Origin: a virus
Taxonomy: Duplodnaviria; Caudoviricetes
Virus record (IMG/VR): IMGVR_UViG_3300024283_000013
Coordinates: 2,838-66,837 of that record
DNA: 64,000 bases
Strand: one strand, 5' to 3'
Below the pieces are notes generated by a model. The model was not told where the DNA came from. It searched no databases and saw only the letters and a program-made list of their open reading frames with translations. Every line of letters starts with the position of its first letter. The stretch's first letter is position 1. Position numbers and translations under genes: made by a program. Positions 55,596-63,933 of this stretch are shown here, one piece after another.

Positions 55596-56167
55596 GACCG
55601 CAAGCCTTCGCGAACCTGCTCCTGACCCTTCTCCCAGTTATCCCGCCACATGACGTAGTTGTCGCTGCCAGGCGGGTAGGGGCAGTTGTCGACCGGCTCC
55701 GCGTTCTTGCCGGCATTGAGCCCCTGGAGGGCCACGTCGACGACTTCGCCGGGTTCCTCCATGCCGCTGAAGAGATCGAGCTGATCCGGGCCGTAGGGCG
55801 AGCCCACGATCCGCGCCACCCGGGCGATGTTGGAGTAGAGCATCGTCACGACGCCTTGGTCCTGCTTGTGGAGCTTGCGCAGGGCTCGGATGGCATCCGT
55901 GTCGCAGCCGTCGCTCTTGGCCGTCTTGTAGGCCGACTGGTGCACGCCCTTGGCCTGGTCGTAGGCTTCTTTCGCCTTCTCCACCGCCTTGGCCGTGGTT
56001 TCGATCTTGGCCCAGTGGCGCTGGTACAGTTCATCCGAGGGTCCGCCGCTGTTGTGGCCCTTCCCCGGCGATGCCGTCTTCGCCACGCGGCCCCGGCTTC
56101 CCACCGCGCCGCCGCTCGCACTCCGTCCCTTCGTCGACTTCTTCTTCGCCTTCGCTCGAGCTGCCAC
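55592..56167 (-). CDS. GapR/DUF2312-like DNA-binding domain fused to an Rmf/CrpP-like C-terminus
   Basis: GTG 56167 with GGAG; AYKTAKSDGCDTDAIRALRKLHKQD; G.NAG...CPYPPGS...W...W..G. Confidence 0.6.
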   Translation of the reverse strand: MAARAKAKKKSTKGRSASGGAVGSRGRVAKTASPGKGHNSGGPSDELYQRHWAKIETTAKAVEKAKEAYDQAKGVHQSAYKTAKSDGCDTDAIRALRKLHKQDQGVVTMLYSNIARVARIVGSPYGPDQLDLFSGMEEPGEVVDVALQGLNAGKNAEPVDNCPYPPGSDNYVMWRDNWEKGQEQVREGLRS

Positions 56168-56423
56168 TTTCGTCTCCGTTGTTAGAGGGGTGTTGATTAC
56201 TCGACGCTTTCCGCCGGCCGGTGAAGATGGCAAAAGCCCAACTCGCCGAACAGGATGGAACTCTCCTCCGGGCATGACGCACCATTCATCAGGCGCACAC
56301 AGCACAGAGGCCGCAAGGGACGACGCTCGTGATCAGGGAGACCAAGATTTTGCCAGGACAGCAAGTCCTCCCGCTTTTGGAGGGCCGACTGCGGCCGCGC
56401 CACTGCAAAGATGTGCGCCCCCA

Positions 56424-56885
56424 TCACTGGGCACCATGCCGAGAAGGTGCGCGGGCAGCCTCATGGGAAAAGGCCGCCCGCGCTGCGACGCCGCTTTGGG
56501 GTGTCGGGACAGCGACGTCGCCGGCCGAACCGCGGCGGGGGCTGCGGCCGGCCATCTGAAGCTCTTGCTTGATCTGGTGCCGTCCCGGCCAACCTTCCCG
56601 CTTGGCCACGATCCGCACCGCCCGGTCATTGGTCCTGAGATCCATCGCGTGCGCCCAGACTGGCTCGCTCAGATCCCACCATGCAGCCTTAAGCCGTTCC
56701 AACTCGGCGCCCTTCCAGCGCCAACGCCAGTCCTTCGCGCGGCCGACGCGGTGATAGTCGCGCGGAATGTACTTCTTGGCCTTGATGTCGCAGCAGGCGA
56801 CAATATCGCATGCCTTGCAGAATGATACCCCCGCCAGCACTAGCCCGCAGATCGCGGCTTTCTGGCCGACCGTGAACCTCGCCAT
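56424..56885 (-). CDS. Hypothetical protein
   Basis: Directly follows the Cro-like gene. Confidence 0.6.
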   Translation of the reverse strand: MARFTVGQKAAICGLVLAGVSFCKACDIVACCDIKAKKYIPRDYHRVGRAKDWRWRWKGAELERLKAAWWDLSEPVWAHAMDLRTNDRAVRIVAKREGWPGRHQIKQELQMAGRSPRRGSAGDVAVPTPQSGVAARAAFSHEAARAPSRHGAQ

Positions 56886-57077
56886 TTAGCCCCCGCGCTG
56901 TTCCAGATACTCCAACACCCGATTGACCATAGCTATCGACCCCTTCCCAGCCTGGAGGCGCGATAGCAGGATAGAGTGCTTCCCGGCTTCCTTGCCGAAT
57001 TGCGTTCGCGACATGCCTGACTTCTTGAGGAAACGCTCGGCGCGGCGCAGCAACTCTTTCTGGATCGGTGCTTTCAT
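56886..57077 (-). CDS. Cro-like XRE regulator (probably leaderless)
   Basis: AERFLKKSGMSRTQFGKEAG...LLSRLQAG...VNRVLEYL; start ATG 57077. Confidence 0.75.
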   Translation of the reverse strand: MKAPIQKELLRRAERFLKKSGMSRTQFGKEAGKHSILLSRLQAGKGSIAMVNRVLEYLEQRGG

Positions 57078-57083
57078 GGTCCA

Positions 57084-57150
57084 ACTATTGATTGGAGAGA
57101 GTACAAATGTCAACTTTGTGCTTGCTCCATTTTTAGACCGGGAGTACCGT
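57084..57150. promoter_or_regulatory. Second pair of back-to-back promoters
   Basis: Leftward TTGACA (57113-57108), rightward TTGCTC-17-TACCGT (57122-57150); inverted repeats TCCAA-7-TTGGA and GTACAAA-7-TTTGTGC. Confidence 0.65.
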
Positions 57151-57170
57151 GGCTTCGCACAGGAGGCCAC

Positions 57171-57434
57171 ATGATCTACATCCACGAGAACGACCGCGCG
57201 ATCGAGGCGTTCACCCCGTCCGATCCGCAGCCCTATGCCGGCATCAAGCGCTGGTGGCGCGAGTTCTGGCTGCCACCCTTGAGCCTCACCTCGTCCGAGC
57301 GGGCGGAGGAGTTCGAGCGGCTGGCAGAGATCGGCAGGCGCAACTTCCCGGACGGCTTCGACCCGCGACGCCGCATGTCGCCGCTGGCGCTCAGGCTGAT
57401 GGCGATCAGCAACGCTTTCAGGAGGATGAGGTAG
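57171..57434 (+). CDS. Hypothetical protein
   Basis: RBS GCACAGGAGG. Confidence 0.6.
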   Translation: MIYIHENDRAIEAFTPSDPQPYAGIKRWWREFWLPPLSLTSSERAEEFERLAEIGRRNFPDGFDPRRRMSPLALRLMAISNAFRRMR

Positions 57435-57827
57435 ATGCCGGATCGCAGCACAACCTCTCTCCGGGAAGCCGTCGTTGGTTCACACGTCTTAGTGCGTCGT
57501 AGACGGGGGCGCGTTCCAACTATCACTACGGTTACAGTGGCAGGCGCCGCCAAAGTGCAACTCGCAGATGGTTCCCATTGGACGCGAAGCGGCGCCGAAT
57601 GGGGCCATGGCCGTGACGGAGGTTGGGCATATGACCGGCCTTCCGCCTACTTGATCGTGGACCTCGCCGCAGTCGAGCAGGAGGTTGCTAAAGAGCAGGC
57701 AGCATTCACCCTTGAAGAAGCACGCCACGACTTGGCTGAAACAGTAAAGAGGCGCTCCGGGACGTTCTCTTTGGAAGACTGCGCCGCCATCATGCGGATC
57801 ATTTCTGGCGAGAAGGAAGTGCGGTGA
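57435..57827 (+). CDS. Hypothetical protein
   Basis: GGAG/GAGG RBS, coupled. Confidence 0.55.
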   Translation: MPDRSTTSLREAVVGSHVLVRRRRGRVPTITTVTVAGAAKVQLADGSHWTRSGAEWGHGRDGGWAYDRPSAYLIVDLAAVEQEVAKEQAAFTLEEARHDLAETVKRRSGTFSLEDCAAIMRIISGEKEVR

Positions 57828-58174
57828 TGGTGGACAAGCGCTACTACTGGCGGGCGAAGCTCGGCAAGGACCGGCCGTTCATCCCGGTGATGACGTTCTT
57901 TGCCGGCCCGTGGGTCGACGGCGAGGAGCAGGACCGCTCCCCCAGGTGGCAGGCGCTGGTCCGGCTCGAGACTTCCGGCCGCGCGATCCTGATGGGAGAC
58001 GAGGTGCCGATCGAAGTCGACGGCGTGAGCCTGCGAAACATCGAGAAGATCAGCGAAGCGGACTACCGATACATGGTCGCCCACGCCGACTACGCCACCA
58101 AGCACGCGCCGCACCTGCCCGACGCTTCACCAAAGCAGGCCATCAGTTGGAACCGCACAAAGCCAGTCTTTTAA
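57824..58174 (+). CDS. Conserved phage hypothetical protein
   Basis: DRSPRWQALV...ISEADYRYMV...PDASPKQAISW. Confidence 0.65.
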   Translation: MMVDKRYYWRAKLGKDRPFIPVMTFFAGPWVDGEEQDRSPRWQALVRLETSGRAILMGDEVPIEVDGVSLRNIEKISEADYRYMVAHADYATKHAPHLPDASPKQAISWNRTKPVF

Positions 58175-58189
58175 GCACAGGAGAGAACA

Positions 58190-58951
58190 GTGAGCGACAT
58201 CGCGAACCTCGGACACAACGTCGGCGACATCGATCTTGCCACGCAGATCGGCGACAACCTCCGGGAGAAGCATCCCGACCTCGTGAAGCGCGCCGGGGAA
58301 CTGGACGGCATGGAGGCGCGGGCGCCGTTGCCCCTGACCAATGCCGATGACGCCGACAAGGTGTCCACCGCGATCCGGCAGTGCACCGAGTTCCTGAAGG
58401 CGGCCGAGAGCACCCGCGTCGAGGACAAGGAGCCGTACCTCGCAGGCGGCCGGGCGGTCGACGGCTTCTTCCAGAAGCTCATCAAGGGTGTGCAGGACAC
58501 CAAGGCCAAGCTCCTGCGCGGCCGCACCGTCTGGGATGAGCAGATCGAAGCCGAGGCGCGGCGCCGGGCAGCCGAAGAAGCCAAGAAGGCGCGCGAGGAA
58601 GCCGAAGCGCTGGCGGCCAAGGCCCGCACCGACGCACAGAAGGATCGCGCTGTTCAGGCGGAGACGCGCGCCGAAGAAGCCTACCAGGCGACCAAGGTGT
58701 CGGCGGCGGAGTTGACCCGCACTCGGACGGACACCGGCATCGTGACCAGCCTGCGCAAGGAGTGGCGGCACGAAGTCGTGGACCCCAAGAAGGTGCCGAA
58801 GAAATTCATGGTGCCGAGCGATCCACTGATCCGCGCCGCGGTGAAGGCGGCGACGCTTCCCGATGGCGGCAACAGCCTCGTGGACGCCGACGGCAACAGC
58901 CTCGTCCCGGGCGTCCGCATCTACCAGCACTCCATGTCGCAGGTGCGCTGA
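58190..58951 (+). CDS. Coiled-coil recombination-module protein
   Basis: IGHN-like start, R..DKEPYLAGGRAVDGFF, WRHEVVDPKKVP, VPGVRIY; upstream of recT. Confidence 0.7.
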   Translation: MSDIANLGHNVGDIDLATQIGDNLREKHPDLVKRAGELDGMEARAPLPLTNADDADKVSTAIRQCTEFLKAAESTRVEDKEPYLAGGRAVDGFFQKLIKGVQDTKAKLLRGRTVWDEQIEAEARRRAAEEAKKAREEAEALAAKARTDAQKDRAVQAETRAEEAYQATKVSAAELTRTRTDTGIVTSLRKEWRHEVVDPKKVPKKFMVPSDPLIRAAVKAATLPDGGNSLVDADGNSLVPGVRIYQHSMSQVR

Positions 58952-59172
58952 TGGACAGTTATGTCCTGTTCCATCGTCCGACTTACCTGCTCGACGAAGA
59001 CCATCCATTTGAATTGGCCGTGAAGCACGGCTCCGCCTATTTCAGCATTGGGATTACCGAGCAGCAGGCGAAGCGCTTGCGTTGCGACATGCTGGAAGCG
59101 CAGGGCCTTGTTGACATGGTCGCTGGAGACCTTGGGCTCATGCCCGAGATCGACCCCGACATTCCCTTCTAG
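58951..59172 (+). CDS. Hypothetical protein ending in DIPF
   Basis: TGATG coupling; acidic DPDIPF tail like SSB C-termini. Confidence 0.55.
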   Translation: MDSYVLFHRPTYLLDEDHPFELAVKHGSAYFSIGITEQQAKRLRCDMLEAQGLVDMVAGDLGLMPEIDPDIPF

Positions 59173-59180
59173 GAGACATC

Positions 59181-60326
59181 ATGGCCACGACGCAGACCAA
59201 ACCCGCAGCCACGCGCGGCGTCCAGCAGACCCCGGAGCCGACGCTCGTCGACAACCTCCCGGCGCCGCGGCCGCGGCAGGGAGCGGTAAACGCCATCGTG
59301 CCGCAAAGCTGGCAGGAGGTAGCGTCGATCGCTTCCGCCATCTGCCGCGCGAACATGGCGCCCAAGTCCTACCTCGACAAAGAAGGCAACCCGGTGGTCG
59401 ACAAGGTCGCCGTCGCCATCATGCACGGCATGGAAGTCGGCATGACCCCGATGGCATCGCTGCAGAGCCTTGCCGTCATCAACGGTATGCCCAGCCTGTA
59501 CGGCGATGGCCTTCTCGCGGTGGTACGCGCCAGTGGCTTGCTCGAGGACATCCAAGAGACCGACGAGTGGGATGCGAAGGGACCGGTGAAGGCCGTTTGC
59601 CGTGTAAAGAGACGCGGTGAACCGACATGGGGCGAGCAGACCTGCGCCCGCGACGACGCGATGAAGGCCGGCTGGTGGGGCAAGTCCGGGCCTTGGACCC
59701 TCACCCCGCACCGCATGATGCAGATGCGCGCCAGGGGCTGGGCGCTTCGCGACAAGTTCGCCGACGTGCTGCGCGGCCTGCGCAGTGCCGAGGAAATGGA
59801 AGACTTGGTCGACGTGACGCCGCAAGGCTCCGCGACCACCGCCGCGCCGCCGGAGCCGCGCCGCGACGACCCGCAATTTACGAAATCGGCCGAAGTTGAT
59901 GCCAAGGCGTCTCCTGTGCAAACGGCCGATGCAGGGCAATCCGACACGATCTCCCCGTCGGATGGCGGCGGCAATAGCCGACCTGAAGCCGCCGCCACGC
60001 CCGCGCACGATCCCGAGACCGGCGAGATCAAGCAGACCGTCACCGACGCCGTCGACTTGAACCAAGAGCCGAGCGACGAGATCCCCACCGATCCAGAACC
60101 GCTGACGTTCGAAACCTACAAGACCTTCGGAGACCTGATCGAGTTCAGCGAGCACTTCCTGTCCCAGACCGGCCGCACCCCCAAGGAAGCCGAGCAATGG
60201 CACGAGCACTACAAGAAGCAGCTCGAGTACGGCGTCAGCAAGAAGTACGGCAACGCGAAGGTCGCTGCGGCGATCAACGACCTTCTCGCGCTTTATGGCA
60301 AGGTGCTCGTCACTCAGGATCGATAG
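59181..60326 (+). CDS. recT: RecT-family single-strand annealing protein
   Basis: AIMHGMEVGMTPMASLQSLAVINGMPSLYGD...AGWWGKSGPW...RMMQMRARGWALRDKFADVLRGL. Confidence 0.85.
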   Translation: MATTQTKPAATRGVQQTPEPTLVDNLPAPRPRQGAVNAIVPQSWQEVASIASAICRANMAPKSYLDKEGNPVVDKVAVAIMHGMEVGMTPMASLQSLAVINGMPSLYGDGLLAVVRASGLLEDIQETDEWDAKGPVKAVCRVKRRGEPTWGEQTCARDDAMKAGWWGKSGPWTLTPHRMMQMRARGWALRDKFADVLRGLRSAEEMEDLVDVTPQGSATTAAPPEPRRDDPQFTKSAEVDAKASPVQTADAGQSDTISPSDGGGNSRPEAAATPAHDPETGEIKQTVTDAVDLNQEPSDEIPTDPEPLTFETYKTFGDLIEFSEHFLSQTGRTPKEAEQWHEHYKKQLEYGVSKKYGNAKVAAAINDLLALYGKVLVTQDR

Positions 60327-60328
60327 CC

Positions 60329-60787
60329 ATGGTTGCCACGTTCGTCCTGCACTCCGAGCGCGACCGCCGTTTCGCCATTGCGGCGGTCGTGAAGGCGCGC
60401 GTGGGGAAGAACTGCGATCAGGTGCGGATCTCCAAGCCGACGCGCACGCTGGAGCAGAATGGCCGGCTTCACGCGATCCTGACCGACATCGCCAAGCAAC
60501 TGCACTGGCCACCGCCGCCAGCCAACGACGGAGAGCTTCACGACGTCGAATGGTGGAAGCGGCGCTGCACCCTCGGCTGGCTGATCGAGACGAAGCAGCC
60601 GCGCGAAGTCATCACGCCCTTGGATGACAGCGACGAATTCGCCTTGCTGTTGCCGCACACGAGCGACTTGAACGTCGAGCAACTGGCCGCGCTATGCGAG
60701 TGGTCCTACGCGCTCGGAGCGACCAATGGCGTGCTCTTCAAGGAGCCGCGCCAGCCGGAACCTCCGCCGATGGAGGAGCCGCGGTGA
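60329..60787 (+). CDS. ninB: NinB/Orf-family recombination mediator
   Basis: PTRTLEQNGRLHAILTDIAKQ...TSDLNVEQLAALCEW..A.GA..GV.F. Confidence 0.8.
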   Translation: MVATFVLHSERDRRFAIAAVVKARVGKNCDQVRISKPTRTLEQNGRLHAILTDIAKQLHWPPPPANDGELHDVEWWKRRCTLGWLIETKQPREVITPLDDSDEFALLLPHTSDLNVEQLAALCEWSYALGATNGVLFKEPRQPEPPPMEEPR

Positions 60788-60936
60788 GCGATAAGGTTGG
60801 TGTTTGGATAGGCTTCTGGGCTGTTGTTTTCGGTGCAGGCCCCGCTCCGGATGGATTTCACTTTGCCGTTCAAACCGCCGGCTTCCTGCTCTTTGGTTGG
60901 TCTATCTCCAATTTCACCTTTGGCAAACTACGATGA
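60784..60936 (+). CDS. Small membrane protein
   Basis: Two hydrophobic segments; GTGA/ATGA coupled. Confidence 0.45.
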   Translation: MSDKVGVWIGFWAVVFGAGPAPDGFHFAVQTAGFLLFGWSISNFTFGKLR

Positions 60937-61292
60937 AGCCGCTGGTCCCCAAGGCTCTCGGCAAGCGACTGGTCCCCAAAGACGAGGCGCCGTGGCGCAA
61001 CGCAGAGCACAAGCGCCGCGTCGTCGCCTGCGGTTGCCTCGTCCCCCGATATAGCAATGCCCCCACCGACTGTTGGGGGCCGGTCGATCCGCACCACGTC
61101 ACCAAATGGCGCAAGGGATGGGGCCAGCCGTCAGACGCACTGACGGTGCCTCTCTGCCGTAAACACCATGATGAATGCCAGTCTCGAGACACCGCATTCG
61201 AGGCTCAGCACGGTATCGACTTCGCACGCTGGATCGAACGGCACTCGGCGCCGGGAGCGGCGGAGGTCGCACGGATCAGGAGTGCAACGTGA
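60933..61292 (+). CDS. DUF968/NinG-like HNH-fold protein
   Basis: H.RRV...GC...DPHH...G.G...D..TVPLCRKHHDECQ. Confidence 0.7.
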   Translation: MKPLVPKALGKRLVPKDEAPWRNAEHKRRVVACGCLVPRYSNAPTDCWGPVDPHHVTKWRKGWGQPSDALTVPLCRKHHDECQSRDTAFEAQHGIDFARWIERHSAPGAAEVARIRSAT

Positions 61293-61786
61293 GCAGTCCA
61301 TATCACATTCCGAATCACTGGACGGTCAAAGATGTTTTAGCCGACAGAGTTGATAGAAGCGGCGGCGATGACGCCTGTTGGCCATGGAAGAGATCAGCGA
61401 ATCGTCGCTTCAATGGATATGGGCGGTTCAAGATGAACGGCATCCAATTTTTGGCCCACCGTGTTGCGTGGGAAATCAGCAATGACGCCGTTCTTCCCGC
61501 ATCAGATCGTGTGCTCCATACCTGCGACAACCCAATGTGCTGCAACCCCAAACATCTATTCCGCGGCACTCAAGCCGACAATGTCGCCGACATGTTCCAA
61601 AAGGGCCGCGCTAGAAGAACGCCGTCTCCGGGTGAGGCCAACGGTGCGGCTCGTCTAACGAAAGAGCAGGTTCTAAAAATTCGGAGTGACACTCGACACA
61701 GAAAAATCATCGCTGCCGAATACGAAATTTCATTCATTCACATTCGCCAGATCCAGCGACGTCTTCGATGGAGACACTTGCCATGA
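61289..61786 (+). CDS. HNH endonuclease with C-terminal HTH
   Basis: GTG start; CWPW...GYGRF...AHRVAWE...VLHTCDNPMCCNPKHLFRGTQADNVAD. Confidence 0.85.
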   Translation: MSSPYHIPNHWTVKDVLADRVDRSGGDDACWPWKRSANRRFNGYGRFKMNGIQFLAHRVAWEISNDAVLPASDRVLHTCDNPMCCNPKHLFRGTQADNVADMFQKGRARRTPSPGEANGAARLTKEQVLKIRSDTRHRKIIAAEYEISFIHIRQIQRRLRWRHLP

Positions 61787-61980
61787 CCGACGCCAGCACA
61801 AAGACATGCGCAACGTGCTCCCTGTCGGTGCTCGAGCCCGTCAATAGAAACCTGTTCTGCCGGCGATTTCCGCCCGTGTTCATCAAGACTCAGCGCGACG
61901 GGAGAGACACGGTCTGGTCCTTCCCCGTGGTGTCACCACAGGCGTGGTGCGGAGAACACAGGCCGAAGGATCAGCCGTGA
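61783..61980 (+). CDS. Small Cys-rich protein
   Basis: CATC...CRRFPP...FPVV...WCGEH family. Confidence 0.65.
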   Translation: MTDASTKTCATCSLSVLEPVNRNLFCRRFPPVFIKTQRDGRDTVWSFPVVSPQAWCGEHRPKDQP

Positions 61981-62297
61981 CCCTCGCCCGCCAGAACTAC
62001 GCAGCCATGCGCCGGGGGCTCGGCGTATCCGTGCCAGTGACAGGAGGAACAGACGTGAACATGAAGCAAGCGTCCCGGGACGCCGCAGGCCAATCAATGT
62101 CGACGGCTCTCTCGGCCCTGCAAGAGATTGCAGACATGGGGCCGGAAGAAGATCCCGGGAAGACTTCCCAAGCCCCGACAGAATTTGATGAGGGCGCCAC
62201 GGCTGCGCTTTACACGACAGCGATGATTGCGCGGAAGGCTCTGACGAAGATTTTCGCGATCGTGTCTGCCCTCGACGCACAGGAGGAACAGACGTGA
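61977..62297 (+). CDS. Hypothetical protein
   Basis: GTGA coupling. Confidence 0.5.
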   Translation: MTLARQNYAAMRRGLGVSVPVTGGTDVNMKQASRDAAGQSMSTALSALQEIADMGPEEDPGKTSQAPTEFDEGATAALYTTAMIARKALTKIFAIVSALDAQEEQT

Positions 62298-62782
62298 CTG
62301 AGGAAGAACTCGCTCGAATGATTGTTAAACGCCAAAACATGTCGCTTTCCAGTATCGAAAGTCGCCAGATTTGCTGCGCGTATCTCGCCTCCCTCGATCG
62401 GGAACGGAGGATGAGAAAGGCGCTGAACACACCCGAGATACACGACTTTGCGCGCGGCGTCGTGTTGGAAGCCCAGCATCAGCGCCAACGCTGGGGCACT
62501 ACACATGACGCAGGCAAAACCAACGCGGACTGGTTTTGGCTCGTGGGCTACCTTGCAAGCAAGGCACTGACAGCAGCCGGCTCTGGCAATGTAGACAAGG
62601 CGCTGCATCATACTATCTCGACGGCAGCAGCACTCGCGAACTGGCATGCGGCATTGAACGGCGACAATCATGAAATGCGTCCGGGGATCGATCCGGCCGC
62701 CCTCTCCGGGCAGCCTGTACAAGGAGATGGTTCACTTCGTATCGCACCCCAACCTCACGTTCCAACTGGAGACGACAAGTGA
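62294..62782 (+). CDS. All-alpha (MazG-like) hypothetical protein
   Basis: EAQHQRQRWG..HDAGK...DWFWLVGYLASKA...HH.ISTAAALANW; MazG resemblance is inference. Confidence 0.55.
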   Translation: MTEEELARMIVKRQNMSLSSIESRQICCAYLASLDRERRMRKALNTPEIHDFARGVVLEAQHQRQRWGTTHDAGKTNADWFWLVGYLASKALTAAGSGNVDKALHHTISTAAALANWHAALNGDNHEMRPGIDPAALSGQPVQGDGSLRIAPQPHVPTGDDK

Positions 62783-63156
62783 ACACGAAGCACACACTTG
62801 GACCATGGCGATGGTATTGGCGTATCGAAAATGACGAGCCGAATTGTGGGGTTTTTGCGGAGCCTCGCGAAGGCCACGCATATTCTGTTGCGCGTTGTCC
62901 GCGTTACCAAACGCCCGAGCAATGGAAAGCTGATGCCCAACTGATCGCCGCCGCTCCCGAAATGCTGGAAGCCCTGCGAAAGGCCGACGCATTGTTGGCG
63001 ACGGTACTGCCTACCATCGACGGATACGTTCCCCATCAAGGGCTCGCCACCATCCACGACAAAGTCCGGGCTGCCATCGCCAAGGCGGAAGGTCTCGTTG
63101 CAGGAGGGGGACAGGGGCTCGGCAACCAGCCGAGCGAACCCATCCCGAGCAAATAG
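62779..63156 (+). CDS. Conserved phage protein
   Basis: HT.GPW...DAQLIAAAPEMLEAL family. Confidence 0.7.
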   Translation: MNTKHTLGPWRWYWRIENDEPNCGVFAEPREGHAYSVARCPRYQTPEQWKADAQLIAAAPEMLEALRKADALLATVLPTIDGYVPHQGLATIHDKVRAAIAKAEGLVAGGGQGLGNQPSEPIPSK

Positions 63157-63165
63157 GAGCCATCC

Positions 63166-63738
63166 ATGACCGCCGCCGTATGCCCTTTCTGTGGCTCGTT
63201 TGACATTACCTTTGCTGTTATAAAACCGAGCCACGGCACTTGCGAAGGATGCGGAGCGCAGGGACCTATCGCGCCGATGCCAACCGAAGCCATTATGTCG
63301 TGGAACCGCCGCGCCGCCCTTCCCCCGCCGGAGCGCGCCGATGCCCTGTTCGCCGCTTTGGCGCATGGTGACGACGAGCACCGGCGCTGGCTGCGCGAAG
63401 CGCTAGAAGCGTACTTCGCGGGAGAGCCGATGCCTCCCGTCCGCTCCAAGTCGAAAGACGATCTGGAGTCCCGCATTGCCGATCTGGAGGCCCAAAAGAA
63501 GGGCTTGGAGTCCATGCTCTGCGACGCACAGGCAGAGGTGGCGAGGATGCGGGATGCGCTGACTGCCGTGGTCAAGATCGTGCGCGATTTCTACGACTTC
63601 CACGATAGCAAGACAAAGCCTTGTGGCGAGTATGGCGTTGAATGCCCCATCGGCATGGGCGAATGGATAGAACGTAGTGATCGTGCGGCTTTGGCATCGG
63701 CCGAAGCCGCTCTTCGCTCTCTGCCGCCGAAGGAGTGA
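63166..63738 (+). CDS. Lar-like Zn-ribbon plus coiled-coil protein
   Basis: CPFCGS...CEGCGAQGP...AIMSWNRR (Lar restriction-alleviation-like N-terminus). Confidence 0.55.
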   Translation: MTAAVCPFCGSFDITFAVIKPSHGTCEGCGAQGPIAPMPTEAIMSWNRRAALPPPERADALFAALAHGDDEHRRWLREALEAYFAGEPMPPVRSKSKDDLESRIADLEAQKKGLESMLCDAQAEVARMRDALTAVVKIVRDFYDFHDSKTKPCGEYGVECPIGMGEWIERSDRAALASAEAALRSLPPKE

Positions 63739-63933
63739 GTGACGATGTGGTGGCACGGCTTCTTTGTCGGGATCGCCGTATCGTCGATCGTCTCCATGCT
63801 CTTCACGACGCCGCCCGAACAGGCCGCGAAGAACTGGCGAGGATGGTGGCGAGCGATTACTTCGTCGCCAGCACCGCGCGAGCCTGTCCCGCCGTCATCG
63901 GCATCGTCGTCCGCACCGCCTGCGGAGCGGTGA
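63739..63933 (+). CDS. Small membrane protein
   Basis: Hydrophobic N-terminus; overlaps a convergent gene. Confidence 0.4.
   Translation: MTMWWHGFFVGIAVSSIVSMLFTTPPEQAAKNWRGWWRAITSSPAPREPVPPSSASSSAPPAER

Noticed and set aside
45455-58190. CACAGGAGA as CsrA/RsmA binding sites
   Set aside because: Does not fit CANGGANG spacing and the likely host group generally lacks CsrA; a strong SD explains it more simply.
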